IMG/VR virus record: IMGVR_UViG_3300044644_001556
Source: a virus
Reading direction: 5' to 3' (one strand)
DNA length: 64,000 nt
Below, one piece after another: positions 1-8,139 of this stretch. Position 1 is the first letter of the stretch. Every line of letters begins with the position of its first letter. The position numbers were made by a program, and so were the translations under genes. The notes beneath the pieces were generated by a model. The model was not told the DNA's origin, did not search any database, and saw only the letters and a list, made by a program, of their open reading frames with translations.

Positions 1-149
1 TTTGTTGACATTTTAACTCCAGTAAATAATCTGATAAACGAATATTGATTTTATATGAAAATTCAGTTATAATCCACACAATTGGATAAAAAAATAATAC
101 CTATTAAAATAATTAGTTTAAATAATTATTTTTTTAGGGAATATATGAC

Positions 150-353
150 ATGGAAAAGCCTATGGGATATTTACAAGTAATTGATAATTTAGTTTATCAC
201 GCGATACAAATTTTACAAGATTATAGTGATAATTGGGATGCGTTAAATCATATAGCAGTTGTATGTGCTGAAACTTATAATATACCATTTGATGTATTAA
301 AAGAAGATTACGAAAAAGCATTAGAGATTAAATTATTATATCTGGCTAGATAA
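150..353 (+). CDS. hypothetical protein
   Basis: 67-aa ORF with AGGGA RBS-like element; stop overlaps next start. Confidence 0.6.
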   Translation: MEKPMGYLQVIDNLVYHAIQILQDYSDNWDALNHIAVVCAETYNIPFDVLKEDYEKALEIKLLYLAR

Positions 354-1045
354 TGTATATACCGACAAATTCAAAACAATTATTAACTGATTGTACCAAA
401 CTATTATTATATTTAGAAACTCAAAATATAAACATAGATCACGGAATAAATGAAATTTTATTATTCGATAATCTTTTAACACAATATCCTAATATTGGAA
501 TTAAAGAACCAATAGTCGGACCAAAATTTAAAGATTTTATTTATTCGATGTACGAACAATACGATCAAATAATTAATTATAAAGATGTTTTACCATTTAT
601 GCCGTATAATATTAGAAGCGGCATTTATTCTTCGATATTAGGTTTAATGGCCGAATATATTTCATTATGGGTCGTAAATGATTTATATAAAAATGGAGAA
701 ATTTTACAAGATTTCAATAGTCAGTTAGCTGGGCATGATATTCGATATTTACATAATGATAATAATATCACAGCCGATGTAAAATTATCGACTACTGATT
801 GGACTAATGAAAAAAGTATTCATGTTCATAAAGATTGGTTCCACGAAAAGAAGAAATCTACTAGATTTCATATAGTTGATATACATAATCATTCGCATTT
901 TATTATAGGTAGATCGTTTTTACATTATAATCATGAAAAATACGGCGATTATATACCAATTAAACAAATGAAATCATATTCTATATACAGTAGACAAGAT
1001 ATATCCCATTTAATCGAATTATTTTACAATAAAGGTACCATATGA
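353..1045 (+). CDS. putative PD-(D/E)XK-fold nuclease
   Basis: GLMAE...GHDI...ADVK pattern resembles the E..D..(D/E)xK catalytic motif. Confidence 0.45.
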   Translation: MYIPTNSKQLLTDCTKLLLYLETQNINIDHGINEILLFDNLLTQYPNIGIKEPIVGPKFKDFIYSMYEQYDQIINYKDVLPFMPYNIRSGIYSSILGLMAEYISLWVVNDLYKNGEILQDFNSQLAGHDIRYLHNDNNITADVKLSTTDWTNEKSIHVHKDWFHEKKKSTRFHIVDIHNHSHFIIGRSFLHYNHEKYGDYIPIKQMKSYSIYSRQDISHLIELFYNKGTI

Positions 1046-1500
1046 AAAAAATAGCTGCAATTTTATTATTAACCCCACTTTTAAGTTTAGCTGATGCATT
1101 ACCTAATCCGATTTTAACTCCCGGTGAAATAAATCCAAAAATAACACAATCAAATATTCATAAAACAATATGCATCTCCGGGTTTACTGGTACGATAAGA
1201 CCACCAGTTTCGTATACTAATAAATTAAAAGCGGAACAAATAAATCAATATGGATATGCTGATAAAAATATGTCACATTATGAAGAGGATCATCTAATAC
1301 CGTTATCGGTAGGTGGTCATCCATCAAGTCCGAAAAATTTATGGCCAGAAGCTTATGCCGGAGCAGAGGGGGCGCGCAAAAAAGATGTATTAGAAGGCTA
1401 TATGCATAGAGCAGTATGCGACGGTAAAATTTCATTAAAAGATGCTCAATATATATTCACCCACAATTGGGTTTCAGTTTATTACCAAGTAATAAAATAG
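1042..1500 (+). CDS. secreted HNH-like protein
   Basis: Signal peptide MKKIAAILLL...ADA; YEEDHLIPLSVGG..NLWPE HNH-like motif. Confidence 0.6.
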   Translation: MKKIAAILLLTPLLSLADALPNPILTPGEINPKITQSNIHKTICISGFTGTIRPPVSYTNKLKAEQINQYGYADKNMSHYEEDHLIPLSVGGHPSSPKNLWPEAYAGAEGARKKDVLEGYMHRAVCDGKISLKDAQYIFTHNWVSVYYQVIK

Positions 1501-1562
1501 ATTGATTTATTTAAATTATTGATTTATAATATTATTTTACTAAATATAGATAGGTATTTCGA

Positions 1563-2225
1563 ATGCAAGCTAAATTAGAAGCAATGTTACAATTACAAGA
1601 TTCTTTTAATAAAAAAGTTCATCCGAATTGGATCGAACAAGGATTTAGATGGGATTTTGCTATTATGTGCGAAGCGGCAGAATTAATGGAACATGCCGGC
1701 TATAAATGGTGGAAAAAACAAGATCCTGATATGAACCAAATGATTATGGAAATGGTTGATATTTGGCATTTCGGTATGAGTATGGATTTAGCTAATTTAC
1801 CAGAAGGTGAAAAATTAAATTTAGAATCGGATTTAATTGTTAGTTGTTATATCAATTCGATAGCAAATGCTTGTGATGATCCGGTACATACTGACTTCGA
1901 TTTAGATGTTTTTAAAGACGGTATAGCACTATTAACCCATTTCGTAACTCAAGAAAATGCTATTTTTGCGGATGATATTTTCTTTCAAATGTGGTATTTA
2001 CTAGGTCTTAATTTAGACGATCTTTATAAAAAATATATTGGTAAAAATGCATTAAATGAATTTAGACAATTAAATGGTTATAAAGATGGTTCTTATATCA
2101 AAATCTGGCATGGCGAAGAAGATAATGAACAATTAACTAAAATTTTAGATAATATTGTTTTAGATGAAAATTTATATACTCATACATTAACTGCATTATC
2201 GGTTGTTTACGAAACCGTTAAATAG
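1563..2225 (+). CDS. dut: dimeric all-alpha dUTPase (dUTPase_2)
   Basis: EAAEL..YKWWK, EMVDIWHF, KNALNEFRQ.NGYK.GSY.KIW.GEEDNE motifs. Confidence 0.9.
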   Translation: MQAKLEAMLQLQDSFNKKVHPNWIEQGFRWDFAIMCEAAELMEHAGYKWWKKQDPDMNQMIMEMVDIWHFGMSMDLANLPEGEKLNLESDLIVSCYINSIANACDDPVHTDFDLDVFKDGIALLTHFVTQENAIFADDIFFQMWYLLGLNLDDLYKKYIGKNALNEFRQLNGYKDGSYIKIWHGEEDNEQLTKILDNIVLDENLYTHTLTALSVVYETVK

Positions 2226-2523
2226 ATAAACTTAATTTTACCAATTCATCGGGTGTTGCATTGTTCTTAAGTTTATTCGCCCGATATGATATCACTCGGA
2301 TATTATTTGCATTATATCCGAGTGATGAATCAATCCGATCTATAGAATAAGAATTATCTTCGACTTTTCCTCTATTAAAGGTTAATGGAATTCCTAAAAT
2401 CGGACAAGATATAGGATAATCTAATTCATATAAATCAGTTAATGATAAGTTAAAATCAATATTTCGTTTTTTAGCTGATGCTTTTAAACGATTGTATATA
2501 GTTTTAACTTCGGGTATGTACAT
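2218..2523 (-). CDS. small HNH-type endonuclease-like protein
   Basis: CPILG...SIDRIDSSLGY...N...IS..AN..K motif. Confidence 0.75.
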   Translation of the reverse strand: MYIPEVKTIYNRLKASAKKRNIDFNLSLTDLYELDYPISCPILGIPLTFNRGKVEDNSYSIDRIDSSLGYNANNIRVISYRANKLKNNATPDELVKLSLSI

Positions 2524-2527
2524 TAAA

Positions 2528-2707
2528 TTATCCCAATAATAATTCTTTATTATCTTCGGAAATTATTGAAATAGAAGCACCTTCATATAATGGATTTGTA
2601 GTTTTTAAAGACATCAAAGCCGATTGAGCTTCTAGCTGAGATTGATATTTTGATATAATTTGACCATTAAGTTTAATAGCGTATTGTTGCGGAGTATTTA
2701 ATAACAT
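2528..2707 (-). CDS. hypothetical protein (59 aa, not in ORF track)
   Basis: Manual translation MLLNTPQQYAIKLNGQ...KELLLG; fills the gap upstream of the HNH gene. Confidence 0.55.
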   Translation of the reverse strand: MLLNTPQQYAIKLNGQIISKYQSQLEAQSALMSLKTTNPLYEGASISIISEDNKELLLG

Positions 2708-2764
2708 GGAGTAATCCTAAAAAATAATTATATTTACAACAAATCTTCGAGCGAGTATAAATAT

Positions 2765-3385
2765 ATGTGTGAATTAACAATATCAGAATATAATAAAATA
2801 TATAATACAAATTTACCAGATAATCATCATGAATTAACAATAAAAGAATTAAATTTAGAATTAAATAATAATATGAATATATCATCAAACCCACCTATTA
2901 TATGGCTTACAGGATTACCACAATCCGGAAAATCAACCATCCTAGCAGAATTCGATAAAATACTCGAAGAACAATATATCGGCTCATTTATCATTGATAA
3001 TGACCACATTCAAACTAGTTTTTGTCTTGACTTAATTACTAACGCGGCGGATTGTCTAGATAAAGTTAGAATAGTAGCCGAAGTTGCTAAAATCGCATCA
3101 TATTCCGGCTGTATAGTTTTAACCACTGCCATCAATCCATTCCACTCTAGTAGATTAATAGCTAAAAATATATTAGGTGATGATTATGTTGAAGTTTTTG
3201 TTAATTGCCCACTAATTAAATGTGTAGAGCGAGATACAAAAGATTTATATCATGGAGCATTATTAGGCGGAACTGATATATCATATGAACAACCATTAGA
3301 ACCGCATCTTATTGTTGATAGTGGTAATAAATCAGCGAAAGAATGCGCTCAACAAATATTTGACTTTATTAGAAATAGATTATAA
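2765..3385 (+). CDS. adenylyl-sulfate kinase (CysC)-like P-loop kinase
   Basis: IIWLTGLPQSGKST, EVFVNCPL..C..RD.K.LY, YEQP motifs. Confidence 0.75.
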   Translation: MCELTISEYNKIYNTNLPDNHHELTIKELNLELNNNMNISSNPPIIWLTGLPQSGKSTILAEFDKILEEQYIGSFIIDNDHIQTSFCLDLITNAADCLDKVRIVAEVAKIASYSGCIVLTTAINPFHSSRLIAKNILGDDYVEVFVNCPLIKCVERDTKDLYHGALLGGTDISYEQPLEPHLIVDSGNKSAKECAQQIFDFIRNRL

Positions 3386-3504
3386 AATATAAAAGAATAT
3401 GCAGTAAAATCGGTTCATAATCGATCGATAGTATAAGAAAGGAATTTCACGATTATTGTTACTTTAAATTAAATTATTAAAATATTATTATAGGAATTAT
3501 TAAA

Positions 3505-4401
3505 ATGGCTCGTAATTTTAGCTTAGACGCATTAAAACAACATTTCGCAGCATCTGCACCACAAAATAATCAACAAAATAGCAATAATTATTATCCATTC
3601 TGGAATATGGATGCTGGTGATTCTGCGGTCGTTCGTTTCTTACCTGATAAAAATATGGATAATCCTTGGTTTTTATTAGAAAAAGCGCATCATGAATTGA
3701 TTATTGGTGGCGAAAAAAAGAAAGTACCTTGTTTAAAAAATTATAATAATGAAGATTGCCCAATCTGCAAAATGAGCCAACAGTTTTATAAAAACGAAGG
3801 CAAAGATACAGTAATGGGTAAACAATTATATAAGAAACGTCAATATTTGGGTCAAGTTTATGTTGTAGATGATCCACTCCCGATCGATAAAGAAACTGGT
3901 AAAAATTTAGATGGTGAAGTTAAATTAGTTTCCTTAGGTCAAAAAATTTACGAATCTATTAAAGATGCAGTTGAGACTGGTGAACTAGATAATGCACCAC
4001 ATTCTTATGATGAAGGTACAAACTTTATTATTAGAAAAACAATGAATGGCGTATATGCAGATTATTCAAGAAGTAGATTTGATAAACGACCTACTCCATT
4101 ACCTGCAGCTTTAGCTGATGAATTAGAAGACAAATTGGTCGATTTAACTACTTTATTACCAGCTAAGCCGGACTATGATTTTCTAGTCGAACAATTAAAT
4201 GCGCATTTAAATGGCGGTGATGCTCCAGTACACACATCAACTCCTACTCAATCGTATGAAGCTCCAGCTCCAGCAGCAACCACATACGAACCAACTCCAG
4301 TAGCAACACCAAAAGCTGCAGCACCAGTATCATTAGATGAAGATGATGAATCGGCTGCTGTTTTAGCTCAATTAAGAGCAAGAAAAAATACAATTAAATA
4401 A
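3505..4401 (+). CDS. single-stranded DNA-binding protein, T4 gp32-like
   Basis: VRFLPD, PCL..CPIC, G.NF.I.K...YADYS.S.F, acidic C-terminal region. Confidence 0.85.
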   Translation: MARNFSLDALKQHFAASAPQNNQQNSNNYYPFWNMDAGDSAVVRFLPDKNMDNPWFLLEKAHHELIIGGEKKKVPCLKNYNNEDCPICKMSQQFYKNEGKDTVMGKQLYKKRQYLGQVYVVDDPLPIDKETGKNLDGEVKLVSLGQKIYESIKDAVETGELDNAPHSYDEGTNFIIRKTMNGVYADYSRSRFDKRPTPLPAALADELEDKLVDLTTLLPAKPDYDFLVEQLNAHLNGGDAPVHTSTPTQSYEAPAPAATTYEPTPVATPKAAAPVSLDEDDESAAVLAQLRARKNTIK

Positions 4402-4572
4402 ATTGTATTTTTGGACAGGGACGTCTATTTAAATATAATGTATGAAAATTTTAACGTTTATTTTTTGGTTTATCTTTTTATGTAGCTTTACTAGTTTCAT
4501 ATATCATGAAATTATGGAAGATCATAGTAAGCCAATCGAAGAATCGGATATTATTAAATAGAGATTAGTATT

Positions 4573-5124
4573 ATGAAAAAAATATTTTTATTATTACCAT
4601 TATTAACTGCATGCAATAACGATCATCAACAACAACAAGTTCCTTACGTACAGCAAATACCACAAAATGCTTACGTTCAACAAGAACAATACCAGCAACC
4701 ACCGCAATATATACCACAACCAGTTATAGTTCAACAACCAATGGCTCAACAACCACAATATGTTCAACACGATTCTGGTTCGGGAGTTGGTAGTTTCGTT
4801 GCCGGAGCAGCTGCGGGCGCATTAGCATCACATGTTTATAATAAAATGAATGAACCTGATCAAATCAATCATTCAGCTAATACTCAACATTCTCCACATT
4901 TTAATACCGATGTTATAAGATCTCCGAGTAATACATCTTCGGCTAATTTAACTCCGAAGACTTTGACTCCAGCTCCGACTAAAAATTATATGGATATGAA
5001 TAAATTATCAGAACATTCATCTGATCGTAAATCATATTATTCAACTCCATCAGCTGCATCAAAACCAACACCATCTAAATCATCAGGTGGATTTATGAAT
5101 ATGAATAAATTAGCGAGAAAATAA
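4573..5124 (+). CDS. putative lipoprotein, Gln/Pro-rich
   Basis: Lipobox LTAC; GAAAGALA glycine-zipper-like segment. Confidence 0.6.
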   Translation: MKKIFLLLPLLTACNNDHQQQQVPYVQQIPQNAYVQQEQYQQPPQYIPQPVIVQQPMAQQPQYVQHDSGSGVGSFVAGAAAGALASHVYNKMNEPDQINHSANTQHSPHFNTDVIRSPSNTSSANLTPKTLTPAPTKNYMDMNKLSEHSSDRKSYYSTPSAASKPTPSKSSGGFMNMNKLARK

Positions 5125-5125
5125 A

Positions 5126-5707
5126 ATGATTATTAGAAAACAATTTAAATTCGAAGGCGCCCATATTGTTAGAAATTGCTCTTCAAATAGATGTAAATTT
5201 AGTATTCATGGTCATTCGTATGTAGTAGAAGTATTCTTTACTGCAGATGATTTAGATAACGGCCAAATGATTATGGATTTTGGTTTAATGAAAAATACCG
5301 TAGGGCAATTTATTGATTCGTTTGATCATGCATATACGGCTTGGTCGAAAGAATCACCGGAATTTAAAAATTTTATTAAAGACCATTCAGCTAGATATAT
5401 TGAAATGCCAGTTAGTCCATCAGCTGAAGCTTTATCTTTAATGTTCCTTTTTGTATTAGATAAAATCGTAGAAAATACTGAATTTAATAACGGCGAAGTA
5501 GGTGTTAGAATTAATTCAGTTCGAGTCCATGAAACGACTACTGGATATGCAGAATCATTCCGCGATGATTTAAAATTATTCCCGTATGAATTATCTGATA
5601 TCTTTATTAGTGAAGATATTAAAGAAGAATGGAAAGATCCTGATATGTGGAATAAATTGATTAATGGTGTTAAATTTAATAACCCAATTGTGGTCCAACA
5701 AGTATGA
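5126..5707 (+). CDS. queD: 6-carboxytetrahydropterin synthase (QueD/PTPS family)
   Basis: FEGAH..C...HGHSY, MDFG, FDH, PSAE, VHET motifs. Confidence 0.9.
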   Translation: MIIRKQFKFEGAHIVRNCSSNRCKFSIHGHSYVVEVFFTADDLDNGQMIMDFGLMKNTVGQFIDSFDHAYTAWSKESPEFKNFIKDHSARYIEMPVSPSAEALSLMFLFVLDKIVENTEFNNGEVGVRINSVRVHETTTGYAESFRDDLKLFPYELSDIFISEDIKEEWKDPDMWNKLINGVKFNNPIVVQQV

Positions 5708-5850
5708 ACGTAATTACTGTTGAATTTACTGAGGAAGTAAAACAGGATTTATTAAGTAAAGGTATCGATGTTTATAATGAAGTATGTAGAGCATTACCAT
5801 TTGAAGAAATCGATATTAAAGTAATTAAAGATCCCGATTCTGTAAATTAA
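5704..5850 (+). CDS. hypothetical protein (48 aa)
   Basis: ATGA overlap with queD stop; manual translation MNVITVEFTEEVKQ... Confidence 0.45.
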   Translation: MNVITVEFTEEVKQDLLSKGIDVYNEVCRALPFEEIDIKVIKDPDSVN

Positions 5851-5866
5851 TAAAAATATAATTTTT

Positions 5867-5897
5867 AAATAGTGGTTTTAATAACCACTATTTTTTT
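5867..5897 (+). terminator. intrinsic terminator
   Basis: AAATAGTGGTT/AACCACTATTT stem followed by T-tract. Confidence 0.6.
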
Positions 5898-5919
5898 AGC
5901 TAATACTTACGGATATAAT

Positions 5920-7014
5920 ATGAAATTTTTAAAAGATTTTAACAAAACAGTTAGTAAAATGGGTGAAGGTGTAAATACGGATACTTCACCTCCGGATTGG
6001 TGGTTCGGCTCTGGTAACTATGTTTTAAATAAAATTATCGCCGGTAATTTCGATCGATGTATAGGTCAGGGTAGAGTTACAGGATTAGCTGGACCATCAG
6101 GTGCAGGTAAAAGCTTTTTATTAGCTAATATCATTAAACAAGCTCAAAAAGAAGGTGCTTATATTCTTTTACTTGATAGTGAAGGGGCATTCGATGATGA
6201 TTGGGCAACTGCTATTGGCATCGATGTAACTAGTGAAAATTATAACTGTATTCAGGTTTGTACTATTCCTCAAGTAGTTAAAATTGTTAGTTCATTTACT
6301 AAAGGGTATCGAGAAGATTATCCAGATGGTAAAGGCCCGAAAGTTTTAATAGCAGTTGATAGTTGCGATATGTTAATGACTGACAGCGAATCGGAAAAAT
6401 ACGATAAAGGTAATCCGAATGCAGATCAAGGTCAACATCCAAAGCAAATCAAACAGATGTTAAAAACTTTCGTAAATGATATTAAATCATTATATGTTAG
6501 TATGATCGTTACGAAACAAGTTTATCCAGCTAATCATGATCAGTTATTAAAAGGCGAAGGTGCTTGGGTGGTTAATGATGCAATTCGATATTCATTATCA
6601 CAAATCATGTTAATTACTAAATTAAAATTGAAAAGTGATTCTGGTATTACCGGTATTAGAATGAAGGTTGAAGGTTTTAAAACTAGATTTGCTAAACCAT
6701 TTCAGCAAGTAACGATTGAAGTTCCGTATGATACTGGCATGAATCCATATAGTGGTTTATTGGATGTAGCTGTTAATATGGGAATTGTTACTAAAAGAGG
6801 TGCTTGGAATTATATCGAAGGAACTGATATTAGTTGGTCTGGTGAAAAAAATACAACAGAAGCACATTACTCTAAAATTTTAGAGCTAGCTGCAACCAAG
6901 GATGTTTTTTTACAAGTAGATGAAGAGGATGATGTTTCAGCAGCCGCATCTAGACAAAAAAAACTAATGGAAAAGCATGCACCAAAAGATGATGAAAGTG
7001 TAGATGTAGATTAA
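5920..7014 (+). CDS. uvsX: RecA-family recombinase UvsX
   Basis: GPSGAGKS Walker A, LDSE, KTRFAKPF; ATG 5920 preferred because GTG 5872 lies inside a terminator hairpin. Confidence 0.9.
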   Translation: MKFLKDFNKTVSKMGEGVNTDTSPPDWWFGSGNYVLNKIIAGNFDRCIGQGRVTGLAGPSGAGKSFLLANIIKQAQKEGAYILLLDSEGAFDDDWATAIGIDVTSENYNCIQVCTIPQVVKIVSSFTKGYREDYPDGKGPKVLIAVDSCDMLMTDSESEKYDKGNPNADQGQHPKQIKQMLKTFVNDIKSLYVSMIVTKQVYPANHDQLLKGEGAWVVNDAIRYSLSQIMLITKLKLKSDSGITGIRMKVEGFKTRFAKPFQQVTIEVPYDTGMNPYSGLLDVAVNMGIVTKRGAWNYIEGTDISWSGEKNTTEAHYSKILELAATKDVFLQVDEEDDVSAAASRQKKLMEKHAPKDDESVDVD

Positions 7015-7030
7015 ATTCTTTACTATTCGG

Positions 7031-7066
7031 GGTTAGTTAAATATAATATTTAACTAACCTTTTTTT
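7031..7066 (+). terminator. terminator hairpin containing a TAAATA late-promoter-like motif
   Basis: GGTTAGTTAAATA/TATTTAACTAACC stem plus T-tract. Confidence 0.55.
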
Positions 7067-7072
7067 ACTATT

Positions 7073-7675
7073 ATGAAATTACAAGAACTTATTTTAGAAT
7101 CGCCCGTTTTAACCGATAAAATATCTAACTATTTAGATAACCCGGTTAAAAATCAAAGTCAGTTAGAAAAATTTTCGACGATGCATAAACAGCATTTATT
7201 TGACTTGGGAAAATATACACACGTATTTAAAATTTATAATAATAATGATGAATATTATATAGCTATAGATAGTCATGATATGAAAATCGTTTATTATATG
7301 TCATATAATTTTACTAGCGTTCCTATATTGGGCATGGCAGTAAACCAATCATTTGTTTGGTTAGATAAAGATTACCCACACACTAAAGGATTACCGAAAA
7401 AAATGTTCTTTGATTATTTGTTAAAAGAACATAATATAGTCATTACTGATTCAATTCAAACTTGGGATGGTCGTGATTTTTGGTTAAGACGATTATTAGA
7501 AGCGTTTCAAAAACATTTACATGTTTATTATATTGATTTATCGAAAAATCATATAGAACCAGTTATGCGATATATGGATGTTTATAAATTAGATAAGAAA
7601 TATCAAATATGGGCTCCATTAGATTTAAATGCATACGATAGACGGTTAATTATTTCCACTACTGAATTATTATAA
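7073..7675 (+). CDS. hypothetical protein, possibly GNAT-like
   Basis: 200 aa; ITDSIQTWDGRDFW motif; N-terminus MKLQELILES. Confidence 0.5.
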   Translation: MKLQELILESPVLTDKISNYLDNPVKNQSQLEKFSTMHKQHLFDLGKYTHVFKIYNNNDEYYIAIDSHDMKIVYYMSYNFTSVPILGMAVNQSFVWLDKDYPHTKGLPKKMFFDYLLKEHNIVITDSIQTWDGRDFWLRRLLEAFQKHLHVYYIDLSKNHIEPVMRYMDVYKLDKKYQIWAPLDLNAYDRRLIISTTELL

Positions 7676-8139
7676 TGACTACTAGCTTAGATTTAATAAA
7701 AAAAGACTTAAAACATTTAGATAAAATTATAGAAATATACACTGAAGATTTAAACGAAGCCGATATTTTATTAAAATTAACTAATAAAAAAATCGATATG
7801 GCTAATGCCGAGCATTCGGGTTGGAAAAATTATTATCATGCAAAAGAAGTAGAAGTCAAATATTTAAAAGAATACGTTCGATCCAAATTAGATGAAGTCC
7901 ATGGTGAATTATGGGTAAAATATACTGAAAAGATGGATCGAGTATTAACTCAAAAAGATAAAGAACAATATATTAGAAGAGAACCAATTTATTTAAACAT
8001 ATTATCAGAATTTTTAAAAATACAAGAATTACATGAGCAATTTGTTAGATTAAATGAAAGTTTTACTACCAGAGGCTATGTATTAAATAATTTAACTAGA
8101 TTAATTACATCAGATACTAATGATTGGATCATACCGTGA
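7675..8139 (+). CDS. uvsY: recombination mediator UvsY-like protein
   Basis: Helical 154-aa protein ending RGYVLNNLTRL, positioned between uvsX and uvsW. Confidence 0.7.
   Translation: MTTSLDLIKKDLKHLDKIIEIYTEDLNEADILLKLTNKKIDMANAEHSGWKNYYHAKEVEVKYLKEYVRSKLDEVHGELWVKYTEKMDRVLTQKDKEQYIRREPIYLNILSEFLKIQELHEQFVRLNESFTTRGYVLNNLTRLITSDTNDWIIP

Noticed and set aside
2218-2523. HNH-like gene as the homing endonuclease of the split intein
   Set aside because: It is about 7.5 kb away on the opposite strand with nothing linking it to the intein site.
5872-5919. N-terminal extension of UvsX from GTG 5872
   Set aside because: It lies in a terminator-like hairpin; ATG 5920 is the more plausible start.
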